A stretch of 64,000 bases of DNA, taken from Patescibacteria group bacterium. Lineage in GTDB: Bacteria > Patescibacteriota > Patescibacteriia > CAIXNZ01. Made by a program: the position numbers and the translations under genes. Positions 54,111 through 62,824 of the stretch are shown here, one piece after another (the stretch's first letter is position 1; each line of letters opens with the position of its first letter). The notes under the pieces were generated by a model. That model saw nothing but the letters and a program-made list of their open reading frames with translations. It made no database searches and was not told the origin of the DNA. The DNA lies in NCBI GenBank assembly GCA_028714455.1, contig JAQTMG010000002.1, forward strand, positions 38,047 to 102,046, written 5' to 3'.

Positions 54111-54686
54111 TTAAAGTTTGGGAAGCTGTTTTGGCACTGGTTCGCCAATTTGGGCCCAGATCCGTTCCTCTGCTTCTAGCGCGAGAGGCGTTAAACTCGC
54201 CGGAGCATGTTTCACTGCCCCGCGAATCTGCCTTGCGTTTCCCGCTGCCGCTGCCAGCTCGATGAACTTTTTCCAGTAGATTTCGGGAGTGGACAGCATG
54301 TAAAGAGAGTCGTCAAGCTTTTCCATGCTCGGCGCTCTCTTGACGCACTCATCCGCCGCCCGGCGCCTTTTCTCCGCCGCTTTAAAATAATCGTGTTCGG
54401 GGACGTCCTGTCCCGGCAGCATTTGAACCAGCCAATGCCAGAATTCAAATCCAAGATCCGGTTCTTCGTAGTTTTCGAGCAGGGAAAGACATTTTTGCCT
54501 GGCCATAAACTGCATTTTGTCGGTTACGTAATGGCGCTTTGTTTGCTCGTACGCCCAGCGCGCTTCGAGCGGAGTGGTCGCGGCATTGATGCACGCCCAC
54601 AGAGCATTGATATAGGTCGCCTCGAGCTGCAATTTTCTTTCCTCCAGGTTAAGAATCTCTTGCTTCAGCTCATCGAAATTCGACAT
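54111..54686 (-). CDS. hypothetical protein (191 aa), high GC
   Basis: SD AAAAGGAGGATAAAAATG; minus-strand conserved promoter TTGACAAAAC-N-TAAGTT at 54725-54753. Confidence 0.45.
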   Translation of the reverse strand: MSNFDELKQEILNLEERKLQLEATYINALWACINAATTPLEARWAYEQTKRHYVTDKMQFMARQKCLSLLENYEEPDLGFEFWHWLVQMLPGQDVPEHDYFKAAEKRRRAADECVKRAPSMEKLDDSLYMLSTPEIYWKKFIELAAAAGNARQIRGAVKHAPASLTPLALEAEERIWAQIGEPVPKQLPKL

Positions 54687-54749
54687 TTTTATCCTCCTTT
54701 TATTTTAGGAACAATTGATTTAATAACTTATCAGAAAATTTTCGTTTTG

Positions 54750-55550
54750 TCAACCGCGCGCCATTTTATAGACGTTGGCCAGCAGCATGGCGATGGTCAT
54801 GGGTCCGACGCCGCCGGGGACAGGGGAACGATAGGCGACAACCTTATCAACTTCCGGATCAACGTCACCCACGGTTTTACCAGCGATTTTATTAATGCCA
54901 ACATCGATGATTGTCGAATTTTTCTTGACCATGTCGGTTTTGATAGATTTTGGTTTGCCTACGGCGACGATGAGAATATCGGCACTTGAGCTCTGAGCTT
55001 TGAGCTCTGAGCTCGAAGCTTTGGGCGAAAGGTAAGAAACATTACATTCGCGCATTAACGGTTTAAACGGTTCAGCGAATTTTTCAGAGTTTGATAAAAT
55101 CACAACTTTTTTATTTTTCAAATTTTCACCAGTACTTTTAATCAGTTCAATAATGCCCGAAACCGTCGGTGAAATAATTTTTGACTGCGGTTGAAAGCCA
55201 TCCACGTCTTTTTCCGGCGAAATCCTGGCTATTATTTTATCAGTGTCAAAGTTTTTGGGCAGAGGCAGCTGAATCAAGATGCCGGTAATCTGCTCATCCT
55301 TATTTAAAAAATCAATGACTTCAAATATTTTTTCTTCGCCGCAATCCTCTGACAAAAAATAACTGGAAAATTCAATGCCAACCTCAAGGCAGGCTTTGGC
55401 TTTTAATTTTATATAAAGTTCAGATGAGGGATCATTGCCAATTAAAATAGAAGCCAGAGCTGGTTTTTTGTCCATTTGAATTATTTTGCCGCGAAGTTCT
55501 AATTTAATTTTTTCGGCCAGAATTTTGCCGTCAATGAGTTTGGCTGACAT
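54750..55550 (-). CDS. folD: bifunctional methylenetetrahydrofolate dehydrogenase / methenyl-THF cyclohydrolase
   Basis: AKLIDGKILAEKIK...; GVGPMTIAML; start at the internal MSAKL; contains an in-frame heptamer-repeat insertion (54988-55026) encoding ...KASSSELKAQSSSAD... Confidence 0.88.
   Translation of the reverse strand: MSAKLIDGKILAEKIKLELRGKIIQMDKKPALASILIGNDPSSELYIKLKAKACLEVGIEFSSYFLSEDCGEEKIFEVIDFLNKDEQITGILIQLPLPKNFDTDKIIARISPEKDVDGFQPQSKIISPTVSGIIELIKSTGENLKNKKVVILSNSEKFAEPFKPLMRECNVSYLSPKASSSELKAQSSSADILIVAVGKPKSIKTDMVKKNSTIIDVGINKIAGKTVGDVDPEVDKVVAYRSPVPGGVGPMTIAMLLANVYKMARG
54988..55026. repeat. heptamer GAGCTCN tandem repeat inside the folD coding sequence
   Basis: GAGCTCT GAGCTTT GAGCTCT GAGCTCG AAGCTTT GGGC. 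Confidence 0.65.
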
Positions 55551-55551
55551 A

Positions 55552-55607
55552 GGGCTTTTGGCTTTGGGCTCTGGGCAAAAAGCTCTATGCTCTATGCTCG
55601 TGGCCCA
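55552..55607. repeat. heptamer GGGCTNT tandem repeat array (8 units) in the glyA-folD spacer
   Basis: GGGCTTT TGGCTTT GGGCTCT GGGCAAA AAGCTCT ATGCTCT ATGCTCG TGGCCCA. Confidence 0.65.
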
Positions 55608-55612
55608 TGGCA

Positions 55613-56857
55613 TTAATATTTTAAATCCTTATAGATAGGGAATTGGTGCGTGAGTTGTGCCACCTGTTTTTTGGCTTTTTCCTGAATTATCGCATCTTCA
55701 TGATTTTTTAGAAGTTCAGAGATTAAATTTCCGATTATCTTCATCTCTTTTTCTTTCATGCCTCGCGTGGTCAGAGCTGGCGTGCCCAGGCGCAGACCAG
55801 AGGGGTCGGCGGCTTTTCTCGCGTCAAAAGGAATCAGATTTTTATTAGTGTAAATGCCGACTCGAGCCAGAATTTCCTCGGCCTGCTGTCCGCCAAGACG
55901 CAGATTTGTCAGTTTTAGCAAAATCAGATGCGTGTCTGTGCCGCCCGAAACAAGTTCAAAGCCGTTATTAATCAGAGTGGCGGCCAAAACACTGGCATTT
56001 TTTATGACCTGCTGTTGATATTTTTTAAAGGTCGGTTTCATGGCCTCCGCAAAACAAACGGCTTTAGCCGCGATAATATTTTCCAGCGGACCGCCCTGAA
56101 TACCAGGAAAAACGGCCTTGTCTATTTTTTCAGCCAAATATTTTTTGCACAAGATAAATCCGCCGCGCGGACCGGCCAGCGTTTTGTGCGTGGTGCTGGT
56201 AATAACATCGGCGTAGGGAATAGGATCGGGATGAAGTTTGGCCACGACCAGTCCGGCAAAATGCGCCATGTCAACCATTAATTTGGCGTTGACCGCGTCA
56301 GCTATTTTTTTAAATTTTTCAAAATCAATCTGGCGCGCGTAAGCGGAACCGCCGGCGATGATCAGCTTTGGCGCCTCGCGCTGGGCGATTTCCAAAACAT
56401 TACCATAGTTTATTTCTTCGGTGTTTTTATCAACGCCATAAAAAGCAACTTTGTAGATTTTGCCTGAAAAATTTAAATGCGAGCCGTGGGAAAGATGGCC
56501 GCCTTGCGCCAGATTCATGGCCAAAATCTTGTCGCCTGGATTTAAGAGCGCCAGATAAACCGCCATATTGGCCTGACTGCCAGAATGCGGCTGAACATTG
56601 ACATGCTCGGCGCCAAAAAGTTTTTTGGCTCGTTCGATAGCCAAACTCTCGGCTTCATCAATGAATTGATTGCCGCTGTAATATCTTTTGCCGATTTGTC
56701 CCTCTGAATATTTATTCATCAAAACACTGCCGCTCGCTTCTAAAACCGCTTGCGAGGCGTAGTTTTCAGAGGCGATCATTTCCAGCCCGTCTTTTTGGCG
56801 AGCCAGCTCTTTTTGAACCGCGGCGTAAACCTGTTTGTCTGTTTTTAGATATTTCAT
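55613..56857 (-). CDS. glyA: serine hydroxymethyltransferase
   Basis: [14 protein letters not shown] (PLP lysine region); 414 aa. Confidence 0.95.
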   Translation of the reverse strand: MKYLKTDKQVYAAVQKELARQKDGLEMIASENYASQAVLEASGSVLMNKYSEGQIGKRYYSGNQFIDEAESLAIERAKKLFGAEHVNVQPHSGSQANMAVYLALLNPGDKILAMNLAQGGHLSHGSHLNFSGKIYKVAFYGVDKNTEEINYGNVLEIAQREAPKLIIAGGSAYARQIDFEKFKKIADAVNAKLMVDMAHFAGLVVAKLHPDPIPYADVITSTTHKTLAGPRGGFILCKKYLAEKIDKAVFPGIQGGPLENIIAAKAVCFAEAMKPTFKKYQQQVIKNASVLAATLINNGFELVSGGTDTHLILLKLTNLRLGGQQAEEILARVGIYTNKNLIPFDARKAADPSGLRLGTPALTTRGMKEKEMKIIGNLISELLKNHEDAIIQEKAKKQVAQLTHQFPIYKDLKY

Positions 56858-56879
56858 AATTTTTAAAATTATATCCTAA

Positions 56880-57245
56880 AATTAGGCAAAATAAAAGGGG
56901 CATCACGATGATGCCCCGGGAGACGAGGAACCCTATATTGATCAACCAGCTTAGCTGGCTTATTTCGGGGAGGGTGTGGTCGCACCCTCCTCACCAAAAA
57001 GAAGAACGAGTACAGGGAGGTGAACGAACCTATTTTAACCAGCTTTGGCTGGCTTGTTTTCGGGAGGGTGGTTTGGTTCACCCTCCCGCCTTTGAAGAGA
57101 GACTGAAAAAGACCGAACTTATTCGAACCTGCATTCGCAGGATTGCTTTCGGCCCGAACTGGCGTTCGGGCCAGATACCCGAGAGGCAAGAGCTAACCAA
57201 GTCACCACCCAGGACCGGATAGCTTTATTATAGCAAAAGTTTATC
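56880..57245 (-). ncRNA. candidate structured RNA / tandem ~80-nt repeat element upstream of glyA (class unknown), ending in the hairpin GGGGCATCATCGTGATGCCCC + T-run on the minus strand
   Basis: GC-rich and ORF-free; two tandem units each with GAGGGTG..CACCCTC and AACCAGCT..AGCTGGTT hairpins; terminator-like hairpin at 56885-56915. Confidence 0.35.
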
Positions 57246-57250
57246 CACAG

Positions 57251-58825
57251 CTACAAGCTTTTCATCATGTATGTATTTTGTCGGCGATAACCAAGCTTCT
57301 TGTAATATTGTCGCACACCAATGCCAGAAATGACAGCGATTTTTTTAAAGCCTGCTTTTTTGGCGATTTTTTCCGCAGCAGCGATCAATTGGCGTCCTAA
57401 ACCAGCGTGTTGAACCGCGTGCCCTTTGCTTTTTAGCGGAATCAGTTCGCCATAGGTGTGAACTTCACGAATTAAGGCAACGTCTTTTAATTCGGGCAAC
57501 GCGTCTGATAATTTTTCATCAACATTTTTTGGCAATCTTAAACGCAGGAAAGCGAATAATGTTTTTTTATCTTTTGATTCGCAGCTCAAAAAATATTCCA
57601 GACCCTCGGAAGCTTTGTACTTCTTAATTCTATATTCTATATTCTTTATTCTAAATTCTTTATTTCTCGCTTCGCGGCAACGAATGCATTGGCAGAATTC
57701 GCCTGTTTTTTGAAAGCGTTCGTTAATGAGCTGGCGCAGATTGGAAATTTTATTGCCAGCCACAATGCTCTCGGAAGGAATGTCGCGGATAATTCTGCTT
57801 AGGCGCACATAAGGCGGAATTATTTTTTTTATCTTAACTAAAAGATTTAAAAGTTGTTTGTCAGAATAAGGCTTGAATTTGCCGGCTTTGTACCATTTAT
57901 AAATCTTGGCAGTATCAGTCACGACGCAAGGATAAATTTTTAACATGTCTGGCTGATAATTTTGGTCACGAAATAATTGATTGAACATTTTGAAATCTTT
58001 GGCAGGAGTTGAAGTCGGCAAATTTGGCATCATGTGGTAAGAAATTTTAAAACCCGCATCCTTGAGTAATTTTGTCGCCTCAATTATTTCTTTGGTTAAA
58101 TGACCGCGTTTTGTTAATTTTAATATTTTATCGTCAATGGTTTGCACACCCAATTCCACTCTGGTGGCGCCCAGTTCGCGCATTCTTTTGATTTCGGGAA
58201 TGGAAATATAATCAGGCCGAGTTTCCAGAGTTATGCCAATAACTCGAAACTTCGCCGTTTCATTCAATTTTTGGGCTGAAGCTAGGTTTTTGGCAGTTCT
58301 CTGGTTAAAAGCCTCAAAACATCTCTTAATAAACCAAGTCTGATATTTATGCGGCAAATAAGTCCAGGTGCCGCCCATGATAATTAATTCGCATTTGTCA
58401 GTATCATGCCCGGTCATGGCTAAAGCTCTTAAACGCATTTGCACCTGCTTGAAAGGATCGAATCGGCATAAAATTGCCCTCATAACTGCTGGTTCATTAG
58501 ATAAATAAGATTTAGGCATTTTCTTTTCATTGGGGCAAAAAACACATTCGCCCGGGCACTTGTAGGGTTTGGTTAAAATGGCCACGACTGCCACGCCAGA
58601 AAGTGTGCGTATTTCGCGCTTTTTAAGCAGCTTTTTCAGGGCTAAATGCCCATTTCCAGATTTGACTAATTTGTGATAAGCTGAAAGGAGTTTGATGCGC
58701 TTTGGCGAGGGGATTTTAAAGCCACTTGCTAGTTTTTTAACTAAATAATTTAACTCCCGCTGGGTGGTGGGTCTGGATTTGATTAACTGCTGAACAATAA
58801 TTTTTTCTATATTGGATTGTTTCAT
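57251..58825 (-). CDS. elp3: Elp3-family radical SAM + GNAT acetyltransferase (tRNA wobble-uridine modification homolog)
   Basis: CPGECVFC radical SAM motif; C-terminal GNAT HAGLGRQLIAAAEKIAKKAGFKKIAVISGIGVRQYY; in-frame heptamer repeat at 57622-57668. Confidence 0.85.
   Translation of the reverse strand: MKQSNIEKIIVQQLIKSRPTTQRELNYLVKKLASGFKIPSPKRIKLLSAYHKLVKSGNGHLALKKLLKKREIRTLSGVAVVAILTKPYKCPGECVFCPNEKKMPKSYLSNEPAVMRAILCRFDPFKQVQMRLRALAMTGHDTDKCELIIMGGTWTYLPHKYQTWFIKRCFEAFNQRTAKNLASAQKLNETAKFRVIGITLETRPDYISIPEIKRMRELGATRVELGVQTIDDKILKLTKRGHLTKEIIEATKLLKDAGFKISYHMMPNLPTSTPAKDFKMFNQLFRDQNYQPDMLKIYPCVVTDTAKIYKWYKAGKFKPYSDKQLLNLLVKIKKIIPPYVRLSRIIRDIPSESIVAGNKISNLRQLINERFQKTGEFCQCIRCREARNKEFRIKNIEYRIKKYKASEGLEYFLSCESKDKKTLFAFLRLRLPKNVDEKLSDALPELKDVALIREVHTYGELIPLKSKGHAVQHAGLGRQLIAAAEKIAKKAGFKKIAVISGIGVRQYYKKLGYRRQNTYMMKSL
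57622..57668. repeat. heptamer TATTCTN tandem repeat inside the elp3 coding sequence
   Basis: AATTCTA TATTCTA TATTCTT TATTCTA AATTCTT TATTTCT; encodes NKEFRIKNIEYRIKKY. Confidence 0.6.
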
Positions 58826-58889
58826 AATTAAGATGAGCTATTTTAGAAGAGCTAAAAGAGCTAAATGTCGAGAAGAGCTATAGGTTTAA

Positions 58890-58965
58890 AGGTTAATAGG
58901 CAAGAATAAACCTTTTAGCCTATCACCATATAGTTCCTATAATCCTATAGCTCCTGTAGCTCCTA
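58890..58965. repeat. 9-mer TATAGYTCC tandem repeat array
   Basis: TATAGTTCC TATAATCC TATAGCTCC TGTAGCTCC TATAAACGC; same vocabulary as 5625-5865. Confidence 0.6.
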
Positions 58966-58972
58966 TAAACGC

Positions 58973-59674
58973 ATGAAGGAAGAAATCGCGTTAAAAATTT
59001 TAGCCAAGAACAAGGAGCTTTATAATGATATCGCTTCTGATTTTTCGCGCACGCGCGGCGCGGTCTGGCCTGAATTTGAGTATTTTAAAGGATATATCGC
59101 TAACGGTCAAGATATTCTGGATCTGGGTTGCGGCAATGGCCGGCTCTTGGAACTGCTTAAAGAATATCAGATTAATTATTTGGGTATTGATTACAGTCAG
59201 AAACTAATCGGTCAGGCCCAGCGTCTCTGGCCCGATAGCAAATTTTTAGTGGCGGATATTTTGAATCTGCCGCCGCTTAAGAAAAAGTTTGATTTGATTT
59301 TTTGCGTGGCGGTCTTGCACCACATTCCCTCAAAAAAATTTCGTTTGCAGGTTTTGAAAGAGATGAAAAATCTTTTGAAACCGGGCGGGAAATTGCTCAT
59401 GATCAATTGGAATTTATGGCAGACGCGCTACCTGAAATATATCATCAAATACACGCTTTTAAAAATGACTGACCCGCTCAATGAGGCAAACGGAATTAAA
59501 CACATGAATTTGGATTTGGGCGATGTTTTCATTCCCTGGCAGAAAAAACATTTGCGCTATGTCCATGCTTTTACCGAAATGGAAGTTGAATCGTTATTGA
59601 AAAAATCTGGGTTTGAAATTATAAAAAATGTTTCCAATAACAGAAACATAATTACGGTGGCGAAAGTAAAATAG
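58973..59674 (+). CDS. class I SAM-dependent methyltransferase
   Basis: ILDLGCGNGRLLE motif I. Confidence 0.7.
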   Translation: MKEEIALKILAKNKELYNDIASDFSRTRGAVWPEFEYFKGYIANGQDILDLGCGNGRLLELLKEYQINYLGIDYSQKLIGQAQRLWPDSKFLVADILNLPPLKKKFDLIFCVAVLHHIPSKKFRLQVLKEMKNLLKPGGKLLMINWNLWQTRYLKYIIKYTLLKMTDPLNEANGIKHMNLDLGDVFIPWQKKHLRYVHAFTEMEVESLLKKSGFEIIKNVSNNRNIITVAKVK

Positions 59675-59680
59675 AAAACA

Positions 59681-60247
59681 ATGGGGGATGAGTATTTTAA
59701 AAATAAATATCGTGTGCCATCAACACGTTTGGGTCATTGGAATTACGCGGATGGGGGATTTTATTATGTCACCATTTGCACAAAGGATAGGAAATGTTGT
59801 TTAGGCGAAATAAGAGGTAATAATGTTTATTTATCAAAAATTGGAGAGATTGTTTTGGATGAATGGTTGAAAACACAAAAATTAAGGCCAAATGTGGTTT
59901 TGGATGATTTTATTATCATGCCAAACCATATTCACGGAATTATTGTAATTAAAAATAACCAAACCGCCGTAGAGACGCATTGCAATGCGTCTCTACAACG
60001 AACGGAACAGAGACAAAACGCATTTGGCCCGCAAAGAAATAATTTGTCGTCAATTACTCGCGGCTTTAAAGGTTCTGTGGTGAGAAATTGTCGCGAGAAT
60101 AATTTTGATTTTGAATGGCAACCGCGATATTACGAACACATTATCAAAAACGACGAGGATTACGCTCGGATAAAAGGATATATTGCCAATAATCCGGTGA
60201 ATTGGGAATTTGATCGTGATAATCCCAAAACCTTTAAAATATCTTGA
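59681..60247 (+). mobile_element. REP-associated tyrosine transposase (RAYT, IS200/IS605 TnpA-like) with a family-B REP palindrome embedded in-frame
   Basis: HUH motif PNHIHGIIV, catalytic Tyr region RYYEHIIKN; GTAGAGACGCATTGCAATGCGTCTCTAC at 59968-59995 encodes ...AVETHCNASLQRT... Confidence 0.8.
59968..59995. repeat. REP family B palindrome, copy 3 (inside the RAYT ORF)
   Basis: Perfect 28-bp palindrome with the same GTAGAGACGC arms as 12806-12833 and 32105-32179. Confidence 0.85.
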
Positions 60248-60267
60248 ATTTTTGCTAAAATTAACAC

Positions 60268-61707
60268 ATGGAACTCAATAAAATCAAAAAAGTCCACATC
60301 ATCGGCATAGGCGGCATTGGTATTTCAGCTGTGGCCAAATTGCTTTTAAGTTTGGGTAAAAAAGTCAGCGGTTCTGATTTGGTTTCTTCTGACATTACTA
60401 GCACCCTAAAGAATTTTGGCGCTAATATCGTTATTGGGCCGCATAAAGCCATAAATGTGCCCAAAGATGTTGATTTGGTGTTATTTAGTGATGCTGTTCC
60501 ACTAGAAAACCCGGAACGAGCTCGGGGCTCGGGGCTCAAAGCTCAAAGCCTAAGTTATTTTCAATTTTTAGGCGAATTTAGTAAAGATAAATACACCATT
60601 GCCATTTCCGGTTGTCACGGCAAAACCACAACCACAGCTTTAGTTGGTTTGCTTTTGGAAGCAGGCGGTTTGGATCCGACCGTGATTGTGGGCAGTAAAG
60701 TGAAAAATTGGGATGGCAATTTGCGCCTTGGCGCCAGTAAATATTTTGTGGTTGAGGCCGATGAATACAAGGCCCATATGCTGCAACTAAATCCCAAAGC
60801 GATTATTTTAAACAACATTGAATTTGACCATCCGGATTTTTATAAGGACTTAAATCAATATATTGACGCTTTTAACCATTTCGTTTATAAACTGCCCGAG
60901 GATGGAATTTTTATTTACAACGCTGATGACCATAATATCGTTGACCAGATTGAAAAACCCGCCTGCGAGGTCCTGACTTTTGGTCTAGAAAATCCCTCGG
61001 TTGATTTAACCGTGAAAAGTATTAAGGTGGACCATGGCCGCCAGATTTTTAAACCGCTCTATAAAAATCAGGAACTGCGTGATTATAATTTGCAAGTGCC
61101 TGGCCGATTCAATATTTTGAACGCGCTTGGCGCAACCCTGTTAGCCCTGGAACTTGGCGTTAATCCTGACGTGATTAAAGATACCTTATCCAGATACACT
61201 GGCGCCTGGCGCAGATTTGAAGTAGTTGGCACAATTGATAATCTGACTGATGATAAAAACGGCGCCATTGTTATTTCTGATTATGCTCATCACCCGACTG
61301 AAATTGCCAAGACCATCAAAGCCACCAAAGAATTTTATCCAGACAGAAGACTGCTGGTTGCTTTCCAACCCCACCAGATTCAGCGAACAAAAGCTTTGTT
61401 CAATGAGTTTATTAAAACCTTTGCCCAAAGTCCGGCTGACATTGTTATTCTTTCGGAGATCTATGATGTGAGGGGTAGGGAAGAAAAAGATGTGACCAAA
61501 AGAGTCAGTTCGCAAGATCTTTTGGAAAAAATCGTTTTGGCTGAATCAAAAAAGCTCGTTGAAGGCGTCAAGGTTTCAGAATACTATTATGCCGCTGATT
61601 TAGTTGAAACCAAGGCCAAGATTTTGGAACTCGTGCAATCCAATGATGTGGTTTTGGTTTTGGGCGCTGGTGACATTGATAAAGTTGCCAGGGAACTTAT
61701 AAAATAA
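60268..61707 (+). CDS. murC: UDP-N-acetylmuramate--L-alanine ligase
   Basis: VHIIGIGGIGISAVA, AISGCHGKTTTT; in-frame heptamer repeat at 60517-60550. Confidence 0.9.
   Translation: MELNKIKKVHIIGIGGIGISAVAKLLLSLGKKVSGSDLVSSDITSTLKNFGANIVIGPHKAINVPKDVDLVLFSDAVPLENPERARGSGLKAQSLSYFQFLGEFSKDKYTIAISGCHGKTTTTALVGLLLEAGGLDPTVIVGSKVKNWDGNLRLGASKYFVVEADEYKAHMLQLNPKAIILNNIEFDHPDFYKDLNQYIDAFNHFVYKLPEDGIFIYNADDHNIVDQIEKPACEVLTFGLENPSVDLTVKSIKVDHGRQIFKPLYKNQELRDYNLQVPGRFNILNALGATLLALELGVNPDVIKDTLSRYTGAWRRFEVVGTIDNLTDDKNGAIVISDYAHHPTEIAKTIKATKEFYPDRRLLVAFQPHQIQRTKALFNEFIKTFAQSPADIVILSEIYDVRGREEKDVTKRVSSQDLLEKIVLAESKKLVEGVKVSEYYYAADLVETKAKILELVQSNDVVLVLGAGDIDKVARELIK
60517..60550. repeat. heptamer GGGCTCN tandem repeat inside the murC coding sequence
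   Basis: GAGCTCG GGGCTCG GGGCTCA AAGCTCA AAGCCTA; encodes ...RARGSGLKAQSLS... Confidence 0.65.
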
Positions 61708-61713
61708 TTATTT

Positions 61714-62196
61714 ATGAAGGAAAAATTTGGACAAGAACCAAGATTTGTCAAAGATAAAGATAATCTTTTAATGCTACAAGAAGCTTTGAGATCTAAGAAT
61801 ATCGATAAAGATATTAAGCCCATTCTTGAGAAATTTTTTACTTTACCAATAACACCTCACCAAAGCTGCTATGGACATCCGGAAAAAGATAAAAGCCCAT
61901 ATTTAAGTTATGTCGAAGATGAAGCGCGAAATGAAAAAGATAAGCGTTTTCAGCAATTGCTTAAAGAAAAAATTTTAGAATTAACCAAGATAATCAATGG
62001 CAAAATCGGCGGAGAGGTTGTAAATATAGCCTTGGAAGAAGTTGATCATGGTGGTAGGGGCCCCAAAGATTATACGCTAAAGTTTGACGTCATTGATAAA
62101 AAGTTTTTTAAAGAAAACGGCAAGGAAATCCTGGACATTATTTGGCAAGAATTTTCAAAATATCTTGATAAAGCAGCGAGAGAATTAATTAAATAA
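61714..62196 (+). CDS. hypothetical protein (160 aa)
   Basis: Intact ORF; no motif. Confidence 0.4.
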   Translation: MKEKFGQEPRFVKDKDNLLMLQEALRSKNIDKDIKPILEKFFTLPITPHQSCYGHPEKDKSPYLSYVEDEARNEKDKRFQQLLKEKILELTKIINGKIGGEVVNIALEEVDHGGRGPKDYTLKFDVIDKKFFKENGKEILDIIWQEFSKYLDKAARELIK

Positions 62197-62219
62197 ATTA
62201 AATAATTTAATTCAAACTT

Positions 62220-62717
62220 ATGAAAACCAAATTACTTTTAGTCGCATTTGCCTGCGTGATTTTGGCTGGTTGCTCACTGATTCAGCCGGTCAATGTCAAT
62301 GTTAATGTGCCAGCCACTAACAATGTTGTCACCATTCCCAGTAACACTGTGCTGGATTTGAGCAATCAGGGTTTCACCAAAGTTCCGGATTATGTTTTTA
62401 ACATGACAAATTTGCAAGAGCTGAATATTTCCAATAATCAGATTACGGGTGCCATTCAATCTCAAATTGGACAACTTAAAAAACTTAAAATTCTTAATGC
62501 CAGCAACAATTTAATGACTGGCGTGCCAGCCGAAGTTGGCCAGCTCACAAATCTACAAATCCTAGATTTATCCAACAACCAGTTAACCGGTTTGCCCAAT
62601 GAACTTGGCAATTTGAAGAATTTGAAAACATTTAATATTTCAGGCAATAATTATTCTACTCAAGATCTGAATGGGATTATCCAGAAACTGCCAGCTAGCG
62701 TGAACATAATTAAATAA
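62220..62717 (+). CDS. leucine-rich-repeat lipoprotein
   Basis: Lipobox ILAGCS; LxxLxLSNNQLTG repeats. Confidence 0.6.
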   Translation: MKTKLLLVAFACVILAGCSLIQPVNVNVNVPATNNVVTIPSNTVLDLSNQGFTKVPDYVFNMTNLQELNISNNQITGAIQSQIGQLKKLKILNASNNLMTGVPAEVGQLTNLQILDLSNNQLTGLPNELGNLKNLKTFNISGNNYSTQDLNGIIQKLPASVNIIK

Positions 62718-62824
62718 AGTTTAATAATAAATAATCAAATTCCAGCCTTCGTTGGCTTGTGATTTGGTCATTATCGTTGAGTAAGTTAATTTTATTTTTT
62801 ATATAAATAACTAACAATCTTTTT

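Noticed and set aside
56908-57222. 104-aa plus-strand ORF in the glyA upstream region
   Set aside because: It is the translation of the tandem GC-rich repeat (internal duplication INQLSWLISGRVWSHPP / FNQLWLACFREGGLVHPP); no SD.
56880-57245. ZTP (pfl), THF, glycine or T-box riboswitch upstream of glyA, or RNase P RNA
   Set aside because: Could not find the CCGCCTGGGC pseudoknot block of ZTP, the GGAGAG/ACCGAAGG blocks of the glycine aptamer, the AGGGUGGNACCGCG T-box sequence, or RNase P CR-I/CR-V. The tandem unit structure fits a repeat better.
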